From NCBI RefSeq assembly GCF_001194135.2, contig NC_068989.1, positions 28,396,914 through 28,460,913 on the forward strand: a stretch of DNA of 64,000 nucleotides. The letters are read 5' to 3'. The number at the start of each line of letters is the position of its first letter. The stretch's first letter is position 1. This DNA is from Octopus bimaculoides. Lineage: Eukaryota. A program made the position numbers and the translations under genes. The notes under the pieces are model-generated. The model ran no database searches. It was not told the DNA's origin and saw only the letters and a list, made by a program, of their open reading frames with translations. This document shows, in pieces, positions 1 to 14,024 of this stretch.

Positions 1-719
1 TAGAAAAAAAATTAGTGTTACAAAGATCTAAGATGGTGGCGTTAATAAGAGTGTATTTGATGTTAAGTAGGGGAAAAATCAAAATTGGACTTGGTGCTAA
101 TGAATTACTGATTGGATTGCCTTTAGAAAATAGCTCAGCATAATTATTTAAAAAATGCTATTAATGGTTTTTATGTTATCGTTGTCGTCGTTGTTGTTGT
201 TGTTATTGTTACTGTTGTTGTTGCTCCTGCTATTGTCGTTTAGCCCTGTATTAACCCTAATCGAGCAGACTTGTGATCAAAAGCATTCCGGCTATAAATC
301 ATGGAAATATTTTAGAAATATGATGCATGTGTTTCTTTTTTCTTCAAGACGAATAACGATATATTTAATGATGGAAAACCTCGCGAAAAAAAGGTAGTAT
401 AAAAATTTTAATGCTGCTAGAGCGACTCTGAATACAGCAGGTACGTAGTCAACGCTATCGGATTACAGGGATCGTAGCATGGTGATCCTATGCTTAATCG
501 TTTAGTTGGTTTGTTATCCTGTTAATTTTATATATATACATGCACACACACAAAGTTGGCAGATATATGCTAATATTCACAAGGAAATTTTCATACGGAC
601 TGGTCGCTGGTCACACACCTATGACAGTGTGCACGTATCACCTATGAATATGGGTGTTACGTAAGTTGAGCCTCCTGGAACAGTTATAGAGACGAGACGT
701 CAAATAATGTTTTATTATA

Positions 720-1445
720 AGGGGTGTGGTGAATATATTGTCGCCTAAATTACGCAAAATTGGAAATAACACTGACATCTCATTCTAAGTGATATATTTA
801 CCAAAATGACATTAAAATGTATTGAAATACTAAAGAGTAAAGTTATTCAATAAAATTGCATTGGTGTTAACCACGGCCTCCAGACTTCGGAATCTCCTGC
901 AACTCTTCTGGACGCTGTCCTTCTTTAAGTTGGTTAATGCTCCCATAATCCTTGCCTTTAGTTCATCTTTGGCGTTACAAGGAGTTTTGTTAGTCTGTCG
1001 CTCAACTGCGCCCCACACATAATAATCAAGTGAGTAGCAGTCTGGGAAGTTAGGTAGCCAACTGTTAGGGTCGCAGAAATTGTCTGACAGCCATGACTGG
1101 GTTTTCCTGCTTGTGTGGCGTGGTGCAGAGTCCAGTTGCCAGAAATAGGGTTTTCCAGCAACCACCCTCTTGACCCAGGGCAGCACTACCTCCTCCAGGC
1201 CCTTGATGTAGACCTCCGTATTGAGAGTGAGACCGTGTGGGAAGATGAACGGAAGCATAACGTCGCCATCACTAGCGATTACTCCAAACACCATGATGTT
1301 GACTGGATCTTTGATTTTTATCACTCTCGGTACATGTCCTCAGATTGACACCCAAACTCTGAAATGCTTATAATGGAGCTTTCGGTGCGAATACCAAGTA
1401 GTACAGCGAAATTAAAAATATAAAATTTACCCATCGCACCCTGTA
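720..1445 (-). mobile_element. Tc1/mariner-superfamily remnant (DD37D/maT-like), catalytic domain only
   Basis: ORF 830-1324(-) has IMVFGVIASDG, WQLDSAPRHTSRKTQSWL and WLPNFPDCYSLDYYVWG. D-to-D spacing is 34, consistent with a 3-aa deletion from the family pattern NFCDHITPNIWPPNSPD. TIR-like CAGGGTGCGATGGGTAAATT next to TA at ~1445; degenerate partner at ~720. Confidence 0.8.
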
Positions 1446-2699
1446 TATATTCTTTTCTTCATTTACAGTCTGTACTTTGTGTTCCATGTAAATATATTAC
1501 ACCTAACTGTGTTTATCTGCCTTACTCCTTCTCTCTCTGTTTCTTTCTCTTTTTCTCTCTTTGTGTGTATGTGCGCGCGCGCGTGTATGTAAACACATGT
1601 GAGCGTTTTCAGCGTCTGATTACATTATTTAGTGTATTTGTTTATATGTGTGAGAGTGTATGTTTGTATGTTTGTATATAATTACACACACACACACACA
1701 CACACATATATCTATATATATATATATATATAATATACAAGAATAAGGGCAGGGAATCGTCAATTAATAATAGAATTAATAATCCCTGTATATTTATGAT
1801 NNNNNNNNNNNNNNNNNNNNNNNNNNNNNNNNNNNNNNNNNNNNNNNNNNNNNNNNNNNNNNNNNNNNNNNNNNNNNNNNNNNNNNNNNNNNNNNNNNNN
1901 NNNNNNNNNNNNNNNNNNNNNNNNNNNNNNNNNNNNNNNNNNNNNNNNNNNNNNNNNNNNNNNNNNNNNNNNNNNNNNNNNNNNNNNNNNNNNNNNNNNN
2001 NNNNNNNNNNNNNNNNNNNNNNNNNNNNNNNNNNNNNNNNNNNNNNNNNNNNNNNNNNNNNNNNNNNNNNNNNNNNNNNNNNNNNNNNNNNNNNNNNNNN
2101 NNNNNNNNNNNNNNNNNNNNNNNNNNNNNNNNNNNNNNNNNNNNNNNNNNNNNNNNNNNNNNNNNNNNNNNNNNNNNNNNNNNNNNNNNNNNNNNNNNNN
2201 NNNNNNNNNNNNNNNNNNNNNNNNNNNNNNNNNNNNNNNNNNNNNNNNNNNNNNNNNNNNNNNNNNNNNNNNNNNNNNNNNNNNNNNNNNNNNNNNNNNN
2301 NNNNNNNNNNNNNNNNNNNNNNNNNNNNNNNNNNNNNNNNNNNNNNNNNNNNNNNNNNNNNNNNNNNNNNNNNNNNNNNNNNNNNNNNNNNNNNNNNNNN
2401 NNNNNNNNNNNNNNNNNNNNNNNNNNNNNNNNNNNNNNNNNNNNNNNNNNNNNNNNNNNNNNNNNNNNNNNNNNNNNNNNNNNNNNNNNNNNNNNNNNNN
2501 NNNNNNNNNNNNNCCTTACTATCAAAATAACAGTTCGGTTTGGATTGCGCTTTGAGCCACTTTTGATGCCGTGTGCTCGGCCCTGGATGAGGTTGGAATT
2601 TAAGTTTGCATTCATATATATCATACGGTTTCTCAACTTCGGTTCTCAGGAATCCGGAATATAAAATAGCTGGGCCTCTAGGAATAGACTAAATTATGG

Positions 2700-4600
2700 T
2701 TTTCATTTTTTTTAATATCTCATTTTATAATTTAGAGTTTGTAAGAACAGAAAGCAAGAATCCAGACCATTAAAATATGTTCCATCGGGGAAATATATAT
2801 CTACTTATATAGAAAATCCAACAATTTGCGGACAAAAATACGATAAAAATTTTCCCAAATACTAAAACATATTTCAATCTGATTGATAGTATTATCCGAC
2901 GAAGTATATATTGTTGATGGTGTTCTTGTTTTAACTTGATTGTAAATTTGTAAGAAAGAGCTCTGGCGCAAAATGGCTCTCTCTGCTTCAATGAAAGATG
3001 GCGGAATAGTACTGAGAACAAAGAAGTTTCCGCAAGTTAACAGTTCCGTGTCTAGTAATTTGAAACATGTTTATCTCTTTGACAACATTTATTTGTACCA
3101 GAAAATAATTGGCTTGGTTGTATGCAACAGATTTGTTAATGGCAACATTTCATCTTTGTATTAGGGACGTTTCTTTTGATGAAATGGATGCTGCAATTAT
3201 CAGGGATGGAAAACAGAAGACTCAACTCACAAACGATGAACATCTTTCATGCAGTTTCTTTGCAGTGTTGTGCAGTAAAGTTTTTAATGATAAAATTAGA
3301 AATGATTCAAGTGCACCCAAGAATTAAAAGAGACTCTTTTGAATATGTCATCAATCCAACCAGTTTCCTTTGGTATTCGAACTTCTCTTGACACATTCTC
3401 TCAGCAAGAATAGCATCATGAATAGCATTAAATTCATTATCTAAATGTCGAGAGGTCGGTTCTTAACGATAACTTTTACAACGCAGTTTTAATGAACAGG
3501 AACAGTTCTAACATTGCAACTAGACTATTCTATCTTTTCTTTGACTCATCGAATAATTACAATTCCTGACCAAACTCCTCTTCAACAGATTTCCAAAGTT
3601 TTTCCTTATTTTTATTTGTCGGAAATCAAATGAAGAGACGATTTTCTCGCTTTTTAATGATATATCCAGTGGGTGGCGCGGTGCTTCTACACTTACACTA
3701 AATTCAATTTGTAATAGGTTAGCATAATTATTAATCACATTTGTAACTAGATTAAATCTGTATTTTAATCCTTATTCTCGGATGTACCTTCAAGTCTATT
3801 GTCGTTGAAAGAATCATTAGTTGAACTAATTCCAATACAATTTGATTCAGCTTTTTTTCTTGTAAAGAACATTACAAAAGCCAACTGATGTCTGTATGAG
3901 TAAATCGACTAATGCTCGCAGTCAATCTCCTTACCAAATTTAACCCTGTCACTAGTTCTATCAGTTGTGACTGCAACTACTTTTTTTTCAAGACAAGTTT
4001 GAATACAGGAATTTAGTTTCTTAAAGTTCAGTCATGTTTCTTCCAGGTAAACTTCCATAAATTTTGGTTATTCTTAAATTCCACAATTTTCCAGATGAGT
4101 GTACATTTGTACTATTTAAATTACTGCGATTATGTAAAAATATATTTTCATCCAAAGAAATACTGCAATTTTTCAGATCCTCGTTTTTATACTTCATATT
4201 TTAATCACAAAATTTAATTTCAATATTTTTCAAATTATATTAGCTTTGAATTAGCTGCATTAAATGAGAACCATGTTTTGATAAAATCAAACCTTTGTCT
4301 GTAATAGCTTTTGTGATAAAAGCACTTTTATCTGTTACATTTATGGAAATCCATCAATAGCAACTACTTCGGATATTATTTCCAGTCTGATTTTCTATAA
4401 AAACTGTTATATCTTGTTAGTCTATGTTTTTAAGCATGTTCATCCATTTTAATTGTACTAGTTTCTGAAAAAAATTCTCTCTGTACGATATTTAAATGGC
4501 ATAAAAGGCTGTTTCTTGAACCACTTAAGACAGTCAAAAGTTATAATTAGTTTTTTAAAAAATAAGGTCAAAAATTCCAGGGAAATAAAATGCAATCTCA
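2700..4600 (-). mobile_element. Decayed hAT-superfamily DNA transposon
   Basis: Hand translation of the minus strand gives VVAVTTDRTSDRVKFGKEIDCEH (catalytic TTD motif, ~3.9-4.0 kb), DESKKR*NSLVAMLELFL (TRWNS-like, ~3.5 kb) and TIPPSFIEAERA (dimerisation-domain S-x-x-ER, ~3.0 kb). Many stops and frameshifts. Confidence 0.75.
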
Positions 4601-4629
4601 AAAGTTCCTGAATTCTTTTTTAACCAATA

Positions 4630-4760
4630 CACGCATACATACATACATACACACACATACACACACACATACATACATGCATGCATGCATGCATGCATGC
4701 ATGCATACACACACACACATACTCACATACATACATACATACATACGTACATACATACAT
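4630..4760. repeat. (CATA)n/(CA)n microsatellite with self-complementary (GCAT)n core
   Basis: Direct reading. Confidence 0.95.
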
Positions 4761-5014
4761 ACCCTGAAAATTAGGGTTCTCAAAACCTGAAAGAAAAAGG
4801 CTGATTAAAAGACTACAGATTCAAGCCAAAAATTTAGCACATAAATACATATGCATACATCTAGACATGAAAATATATACATAAAAACGCATCCATAAAA
4901 CAAACATACAAATCTGCGCATACACTAACACCAAATACTGCACACACACATATGCACAAATACCTAGATGATGTTGATAAAATTTCCAATGAAGGAGCCG
5001 TGAATCTATGTTAG
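4761..5014 (+). mobile_element. R4/Dong-like RLE LINE, extreme 3' fragment plus 3' UTR
   Basis: Similar to 5770-6120 (aaattagggttctcaaaacctgaaaga...gactacagattcaa; ccaatgaaggagc). Begins directly after (CATA)n. Confidence 0.65.
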
Positions 5015-5360
5015 NNNNNNNNNNNNNNNNNNNNNNNNNNNNNNNNNNNNNNNNNNNNNNNNNNNNNNNNNNNNNNNNNNNNNNNNNNNNNNNNNNNNNN
5101 NNNNNNNNNNNNNNNNNNNNNNNNNNNNNNNNNNNNNNNNNNNNNNNNNNNNNNNNNNNNNNNNNNNNNNNNNNNNNNNNNNNNNNNNNNNNNNNNNNNN
5201 NNNNNNNNNNNNNNNNNNNNNNNNNNNNNNNNNNNNNNNNNNNNNNNNNNNNNNNNNNNNNNNNNNNNNNNNNNNNNNNNNNNNNNNNNNNNNNNNNNNN
5301 NNNNNNNNNNNNNNNNNNNNNNNNNNNNNNNNNNNNNNNNNNNNNNNNNNNNNNNNNNNN

Positions 5361-6120
5361 CAGTTGTCAGAAAATGTAATCAGAGTATTATCTACCGATG
5401 AGACATGATGTTGTAGCTAGGACACTCTATAATGAAATCCGTCGGAAGGATAATCCCGAGGACATGCTAGAAGCCATAGCTACTCATAATGAAAAGGAAT
5501 ACTGGTGGAGTGTACCAGTGAAGACCTCAATAAAATTTAAGCACAACAGACCTGATATAATGATTTGGGATAGAGAAGAGAAACTGTGCACAGCTGTGGT
5601 AATTAGCTGCCCAGCGGATATTAACATAAAGCTGAAGATCAGTGAAAAAGAGAACACCTATGCTGAACTATTGAGAAATCTGCAGTTACTCTATCCAGAT
5701 TAAAAGTTCAGGTTTATACCTGTAAATACTGGGGCCCTGGGATATGTAACACACTGCTTAAATACCAATCTTGAGAAATTAGGTTTCTAAAGACCAGAAA
5801 GGAGAAAGCTAATTCGAAGACTACAGATCCAACCCATCACTGGAATTGTAAAAATCTGTAAAACTTTCCAGAGGTTTATTTAAATATATATGAGCATGTC
5901 TAGATATGCAACTACATGCATGAGAATACATACATAAAACAAACAAATTTGCACATTCATGCATACATATATACATACATACATACATACATACATACAT
6001 ACATACATACATACATACATACATACATACATACAAAATATCCTGTTGTTGATGCTGAAATTCCAATGAAGGAGCTTTTGGCAAGAAATCTTGAAATAAA
6101 CTGAATAATGACATACATAG
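5361..6120 (+). mobile_element. R4/Dong-like RLE LINE 3' fragment (endonuclease domain and 3' UTR)
   Basis: RHDVVARTLY, KHNRPDIMIWD and VVISCPADINI are the RHD and PD-(D/E)xK region of RLE elements. The 3' UTR contains (CATA)n and ends gaataatgacatacata. Confidence 0.85.
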
Positions 6121-6507
6121 ACTTCCGTTCAGTTTCCATCTAGCAAATTTCGCACACCTGGATTCGTCGAGCAAAAGGAAGAAAATAATTTCTCAAGAGG
6201 CCGTGCAGTGGAATAAAATCCAAAAGCTCGTGTTTGCGAAGCAAACTTCATAACTTCACAGCCTTGTTTCTATGTATGTAAATGTTTCACGTCGACATAA
6301 AAGTGAATAGGAAACGATGGTTATTTAAACAATAAGCTGTCAATCCTTCTTAACTTACTCATGTATGAATATGATTTGTATTTTAGTAATTCAGCCTGAC
6401 ATACGTTATATTCTTTATATACCTTGCTAATGTTATAACAGCTATGTACTTTACTGTCAATCCTAACATAGCAATACGTCACATCACCATCGCACACTCC
6501 ACTTCCT

Positions 6508-6607
<100 letters not shown>

Positions 6608-6959
6608 GCTCTCTCTCTTACTTACTCACTCTTTCACTAGATTGCCATAAAAGCACCTTTATGTGCAGTTAATTAATGCAGAGAATGTATGCATTGTGTT
6701 GGAAATGGTTGAAGTATGATATTTGCCAATATATTGAACAAGTGTATGTAAAATCAAAATGCTTCGCGATATTTAAATTCAGTTTATAACAAATTCTTTT
6801 AATCTTAGTACACACGCGCGCGCACGCATGCACAGACACACACATATTTACATATATATATTTATATTTGTATTTAAATGTAGGTTACATCATATTTTTA
6901 TTTGTATATTAAACATATTCTTACACGTACAAGAGATAATTATATATATATACATATAT

Positions 6960-7340
6960 GGAGTGGTTGTGTGGTAAGTAGCTTGCTGACCAACTACATG
7001 GATCCGGGTTCAGTACCACTGCGTGGCACCTTGAGCAAGTGTCTTCTACTATAGCATCAGGCCGACTAAAGCCTTGTCAGTGGATTATTTGATAGACGGA
7101 AACTGAAAGAAGCCCGTCGTGTGTGTGTGTGTGTGTGTGTGGCTTTTATTTGCCACCCCAACATCACTTGACAACTAATGTTGCTGTGTTTACGTCCCCA
7201 TAACTTAGCGATTCGGCAAAAGACCGATTGAATAAGTACTAGGCTTACTAAGAATAAGTCCTGGGGTCGATTTGCTCGACTAAAGGCGATGCTCCAGCAC
7301 TGCCGCAGTCAAATGACTGAAACAAGTAAAACAACAAAAG
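6960..7340 (+). mobile_element. tRNA-derived SINE, family 1 (full length)
   Basis: Head ggagtggttgtgtggtaag (A box) and gggttcagtacc (B box), central (GT)n, tail gactgaaacaagtaaaa. Related copies at 20687, 45461 and 49249. Confidence 0.85.
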
Positions 7341-7419
7341 AACAAAAGAATACATATACATACGTATATATATGATGGACTCTCCCGTCGGTTTCGACGT
7401 TTAAGGCTCCGACAATGTA

Positions 7420-7740
7420 CTCTTTCTTTGTCAGTCATAATGCTTATGTCGAATGTGACATTTAAGTCCCATCAAAGCTTTGCTAAGAAGGCTACAGATG
7501 TTACAAGTATGAGCATGACAGGCCAGTGCAGGTGGCATATTTGCAGCCGCTTTTCTCCTTTGCCTTGCACCTCGAAGCCTGTTAATGCTGGTTGCAACAA
7601 AGTTTTTAATACTATTTTGACACAACGATCTCCGTTTTGTTCGTTCCGAGGCTGTTCGCTCAAATGTGTTGTGAGCTATCTTTACTTCTAAGAGGTTACT
7701 CTTCAGCTTGTCCTTATATCCGAGCCATAGTCGACCAACA
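7420..7740 (-). mobile_element. RTE-type LINE 3' end
   Basis: ORF 7431-7625(-) RQRRK...HTCNICSLLSKALMGLKCHIRHKH is a terminal C2H2-like zinc finger, as in the RTE 3' end at 53.0-53.3 kb. Confidence 0.65.
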
Positions 7741-8769
7741 TCTCCGTACCCCCTCTCAAGCTAGCTGTACATGAGGACTTACATAGGACTTACACACACA
7801 AATACACACACACACACACATATACACACATCACTTACGTGACAAAGGGCATTAATCAGCACCAGTATTGCTAGAAATAAGAGTCAAAACAACTCAATAG
7901 CCACAGAAGCACTATCTTAATGACTAACAAGTGAGACAAGCTTCCTACGGTCGCAGATGTAGCCAGATCATCGATGATTTCGTATTTTGATGTTTAACGC
8001 CTCTTAATGCTCATCAGTTAAAGATTCCGTTTTCAATGTCTACAAAGCAGTCACCTGTGTATTTAACTTATTAAATTTAGAAATTTTATTTCAGATATAA
8101 ACATTCTATGAAACGTTTAGTTTTCTTTTCTACACATGCTAAGATACTTCGCGTTTTGTTTTAATTGTTGAATTGTTGAATGGAAGTTAACATATATTAT
8201 CAACTAATGGATTGCGTTGTTGTTCAGTCCTTAGCATAATCAGTAATCAAAGATATTCCAGTTGTGATCATTACATCTTTTTTCAGGTATTATACATTTA
8301 GGGCTAGATAGTACGGTATACTTTCAAAACGATTCGGTTTCTTCTTCTCGTCGTTGGTTCAATGAAAACATTTGCCCGTGTTGCTTTAGGTTGTATCGTG
8401 TTTGAAATGTCATGGTATAATTTACAAGCCGTTCTTAGCTCCGGATTCAGTCATGTCAACGAAATGAAAAATGAACTTTCATTCGGAATAAAATGAGAGT
8501 CTGTTGTAAAGAAGTATAACGGTAAAATTCGAGGAAATAGTAATTGTATGCGTCGGAAAATGCGAGTTCAAATGTCAACAAAGTAGAATATATCATTTTA
8601 TTGTAACGAAGAAGTCTAACGTTTCCAACGGGGCATTTCGTTGGAGAGACAGAGAGTAAGAGAGAAAGAGAGACAGACAGACAGACAGAGATAGATAGAC
8701 AGACAGATAGACAGACAGACAAAAATGCTTACTGATAAATTACTTAAATAAATAAATTACTTGACTAAA

Positions 8770-9225
8770 TTATAAGTGGTGGAGAACAAGGTAGAGAAAA
8801 GCAGCGAGCGAAAACAATTGTTAGTAGGTGGAAACGCAAATATGTAGAAATAAATGTTAGTAGGGAAAACGTATTTTGGGGGAAGGAAATAGATGTTGAA
8901 AACGGGAAACAGATATAAGGAGAAGGAAACAGATATTGGTAGGACGAAGGAGATGCGTTAGTAAGAAGAAGTAAATGACGGTCGGAGGAAACATAAGTTA
9001 GTTAGATTGGAAAGATGTTGGAAAAGCAAGCGGATGTCATAAGTTAAAACATGTTAGTAGGAGAGCACAAATGACAGAAGAGCCAACATATTTTAGTTAA
9101 TGGAAGGTATGGCTAAGAAGGAAAATAAATGTTGGTGGAGAAAGATATATTACTATTGGAAATTATATATTAGAAACGAGGAACAAATTACTAGAAGGAA
9201 ACAGATATTTATGGAGGAAAGCATT
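8770..9225. repeat. Degenerate purine-rich ~20-bp minisatellite
   Basis: Recurring variants of gaaggaaacagatgttagta. Confidence 0.6.
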
Positions 9226-10488
9226 CTAAGAATCACAAGTGACTTCTAGGAGATCTGATAATTTCAACACCTTAATCATTTCCAGTTGGGACAAAACAGC
9301 AAAACGCTGCTGCAGGTTTGAAATCCATGCTAGAGGGGAAAAAAGGCAAATAAATGCATATTCTATAAAATTACAGTATAAATTCTTAAATAAATTTGAA
9401 ATTATCTCTGTCTCTACAGGATTTGTCACAATTGCCAAATGGTAATTAAAAACAGTTCCATATGAGAATAGGAGATAATTGCAAGAATCAAGAATTCTGT
9501 AAAGTTGATATACCATTAAGGAATAGGACAAAGTCCTTGTCTGGAGATAAGAGAACATTTGTGTGAGTACACTGGTTTTTATCTCAATAGGTGTCATCAG
9601 ACGTTGATTTGGTTGAATAGTATCTGATCCTTTCAATGGTATTGCCTTCACACCCACATATTGTGTTAAATTGTAAGATTGAAACCGATATCAGTGTATT
9701 TAGCATTTAAATGTGTGTAACTCTTGACGTTTTTGAAGCTACAAACAGAAATAGAAATGAAATGTAATCTACATTAAACCACTACATAGCAAATAGAAAA
9801 GTCAATGTAGACAAAAGAAAAAATTATAAGTATTATATTTTCAAAATATGTTTTTATATTTTCTTATTGTTTTGTATTTCACTGTTTTTTTATGTTTGTT
9901 AGTTTGTGTTTGATTTTCCCGATTGTTGTTTGTTTTTGATTGTCTTTTTGTCCTTTAATTTTATTTTATTGCATTAGAATATATTTCTGAAAAGATAAAT
10001 TACATAAAGAAAATGTTCATAATATTGAAAGCAAAATTTAAAGAAACAAAGGAAACCATTATCGTTAGATGCCTTTAAATATTTTAAACGAAATCGTTGG
10101 AATATATAAAGCAGCATATAGGCCGAATGAGTCTCTCTATACAAACCAGGAGTGTTTATGCAAAAATAAACAGACCTATATATTTATCTAATATCAGCGA
10201 AGCGATACATGCAATGAAATAGAAACCTACAGTAAAAATCGATACGAAACACATTGAATACGCTTATGTAAATGTATTGGTATATGACTGCATATACGTA
10301 TATATATGTATACATGTGTGTATGTCTGTGTGCATGTATATGTGTGTGACTATGTATAAATGTAGCCAAAGTCACTAAGGGATCTGACATGTTATAACAT
10401 TTTAAATTCCTACGTAAATTTTAGGACACCTATTTAAATACTTCTATTAAACTTCATAAATGCGTAACTTATTTGTTCACACACACAT

Positions 10489-10524
<36 letters not shown>

Positions 10525-10779
10525 CGAGCTATGTGTGCGTATATAAACGCCACTCTTCCAATGAAAACCTTACATGTCACTATGGTACGGAGCAAAGCAG
10601 GACTTACTGTGCACCTAAGAAAACACGCAGTAAATGATCCATAAGCACTCGAGCAAACTGAGGCCTAAACTTGATCCAATTGCCAACAGGTTTGCAAGAG
10701 ACACTTGCGTGTCCATAGAACATATACCGCATTCTTTTAGTGAAACCTCATTTGGTCGTTCGCGACGAGAGAAGCCATC

Positions 10780-10856
10780 ACACACACACACACACATATA
10801 TACATATATTTACATATATATATATATATACATATATATATGTATATATACATATA

Positions 10857-10918
<62 letters not shown>

Positions 10919-11006
10919 TATACACACATATATGTGTATATATATGTACTTATATATACATATACATATACATATGTATGAGTGTGTGTGTGTGTGTGTG
11001 TGTGTT

Positions 11007-11045
<39 letters not shown>

Positions 11046-11055
11046 GCGCGTGTGT
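10780..11055. repeat. Compound (CA)n-(TA)n-(GT)n microsatellite
   Basis: Direct reading; source of the YI/CV/HT pseudo-ORFs. Confidence 0.97.
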
Positions 11056-11059
11056 GTAA

Positions 11060-13660
11060 CAGCACTGAAAGCACTGAGAGTGGCCCTGAACAACAGCTGC
11101 AGGGGTTAATGACGACGTCTCCTCTTTTCATGCATTCTCCTGCGTTTGATTTCAAAGCGATCTACTCCAGCATCGCACACAGACCTCAATGCCTTCCGAA
11201 TAACAGCCAGAGACTCCAACCGCAGGGATACTGCATAAAATGAGAGCCCGCTTGAGATGATCATAAAAACGAAGTTTTGGACATCTGTGAGGCCTACTTC
11301 CAATCTCGATCTCGCTGAAGAGGACCATATTTTGGAGTCGGTTACTCGGCATTCGAATCACATGGCAAATCCAGAGAAGACAACGATCTCTATGCTGTAG
11401 ATTGCAGCCATCAGGAGGATTTCGGTATGAGACACCTTGTCCTTCCACGTGAGACCGAGGATACTTTGGAGTGATCTGATATGGAACGCTTCTAGTTGTC
11501 TAATCTGACGCTGATAAAGTATCGAGCACTCAGACCCATACAGATGGTTGGATACACAGACAGCTCATTGAACGGAGAATTTTGTGCTTTCTCTAAAATT
11601 CTTGCTCTGAAAGACTCGTTCGCTGAGTCTTCTGAAAGAAGCAGAGGCCAAGGTGATCCGACGGAATGTCTCCTCGTCAAGGAATCCAGTGTTAGAGACC
11701 GTGCTTCTAAGATAGCAGAATGGTCTGCCTGCAGTAAAAGAGCATCATCAATGAGAGCAGGTTGTGGGGAAAATGAGGACTGGAAGGCTGATTGGAGACC
11801 TTCAGTTTTTCGATGATTTACAGGCAGAGGTATGAGATGGTGTCGCTGAATCGTCACCATACTGAATCTTATACACTGTGGTTGAGGATGTTTTGATGTG
11901 GTTTTCAGGTAGTGAATGTTAAAGATGTTGCCATCATAGCGGTACCTGATACGAATTTCTTCTTCTTCAGTGAACTGTCTCCTGGAAAGAATCTTTACTG
12001 CCACCAGGTAAATGCTAAACAGCTCAGGGGCAAGAGTGTATCACTGTTTTCTCTCCACCGGGACAACAAAGAGTTACGAGTCTTTACCGTTGAATATCAC
12101 TTTCACTTGCATACCATCACGAAACGTCTGGACGATCAAAAGAAATGTTGGTGGACAGTCAAACTTCTGAAGCAAGGCGCTACATCGTAGGACGGTTTGG
12201 CCGTGTCAAACGCCTTTGTTAGATCGATGAAGGCGTAACATGTCTCTCTGCTGTTCACGACAGCTCTCAAGAAGACGGGCCGACAATATCATGTCAGAAG
12301 TCCTTCTTTCTGGTCGAAATCCATTCAGGTATAACCAGGTTGACAACATGAAATAGAAGACGTGGGAAGAGAATAAGTGAGAGGATCTTGCCGGCGTTAT
12401 CCAGAAGAGAGATTCCCCTGTAGTTGCCGCACTCTGCACGGTCTCCCTTTCTCTCGTAGATTGGAGTGTTACAACCTGTCAGGTACAGTCTTCCACTGCC
12501 AACAGAAAAGAAACAAAGAATAAAGATGGGATGTAAGGTGAGGCCTACCATTCTTGTAAATCTCACGTGGGATTCCATCGTCGCTGAGAAACTTCTTGTT
12601 TTTGAGACCGAGGATGGCCTGTTGGACCGCATCAAATATTGGGGTGAGGTTGTCAAACTCTGTCTGGATAGGAAGATCTGGAATCTCTCAAGTGCCGTGG
12701 GGTCATCGGGGTTGACCCGATTCAGAAGATATTGAAAATGTTCGGCCCACTTATGAAGTATCGCAATTTTCTCTTTCAGTAAGGTGCCATTTGATGATCT
12801 CACCGAAGCAGTCACCTTTCTGCAAGGGCCGAAGATTTTCTTAATCGAGTTATAGAATTCATGTTTTGTTCTTGTCTGCAAAACATTGAATGTCTTCCGC
12901 CTTTCGAAGCCACCAACTGTTTTGAGAATTCCTAACACGTGCGGTGGCACGAGCATCCTTCCATTTTGGCGCATGGCGGCAGAATCCGGGATGGCTAGAA
13001 CAGCATTATGGAGTATGTTCTTGTCAACAGAATAAGCTGTATGATTTCAACTGATTCATCAAACCAGTCGGGGCTGCGACGTGTAGTTTCCCAAGGATTG
13101 TTTTGGCAGTGTCTTGTAGAATACTGAGGGATGAGTCCTAGAGGTTGTTGATTTCATCTTGGAAAAGGTAAGCAGCCGGAAGATCTGGGACACGGGGGCG
13201 CTGAACTTGAATTCTGCACTCAAGTTGAATTCTGCACTCGGGACTAGAGAGGGCAGCAATGTCAATATGAAGAAAGGGTTGCGATTTTCGGATTGGAGGC
13301 CTCAGTGTCAGACGAAGAAGAGATCTGATCATTCGATGGTCAGTCCAACATTTGGTACCCGTCATAGTATTTTGTAATCAAGATATCTTTATGATCCTTT
13401 TGTAGAACGATCACATAGTCAAGAGGGTACCAGTATTTGGATCAAGGATGCATCTAGGATATTTTGCAGATTGTTGAGAGCTGGAAAACTGGGTTTTTTT
13501 TCGTGTGATGCCAAACGTTTTGTCTTTTCGTTCTTACTTTAATCCATATCTACCCGCTCAAGGAGAAACCACTTCTGGCCACCTCTGATTATCATCCTCA
13601 ACATCACATTTCCAGTCGCAGGTCAAGCCGCAGTTTTAGTGGAAACCAAACTGAAGACTT
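11060..13660 (-). mobile_element. RTE-clade LINE (APE endonuclease plus RT), decayed
   Basis: TGTKCWTDHRMIRS (APE C-terminus), FYNSIKKIFGP, KWAEHFQYLLNR, RKGDRAECGNYRGISLLDNAGKIL (RT start), WICHVIRMPSNRL...RPHRCPKLRFYDHLK (RTE C-terminus). Frameshifted. Confidence 0.9.
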
Positions 13661-13713
13661 ATAGTACATGCCTATTATTTTCGGTCAGCTGATAAAAACT
13701 TCTTATATATTCT

Positions 13714-13831
<118 letters not shown>

Positions 13832-14024
13832 GAATAAAACGTATACATATAAGCTGCATTGTGTTCGTTACTACTTACGTAAGAAACTTCAGCTAGCTAT
13901 GAAACGATTATAGTCTACATACTACTCCTGACTTTATAGATACATATACATATATATTACACACGCATATACACTCACACATACATACATACATACATAC
14001 ATACATACATACATACATACACAA

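Noticed and set aside
9575-9605. CTGATGA hammerhead core on the minus strand
   Set aside because: No GAAA or pairable stems follow. Other CTGATGA hits (14666, 27109, 32222, 39389, 55175) fail in the same way or lie in LINE coding sequence.
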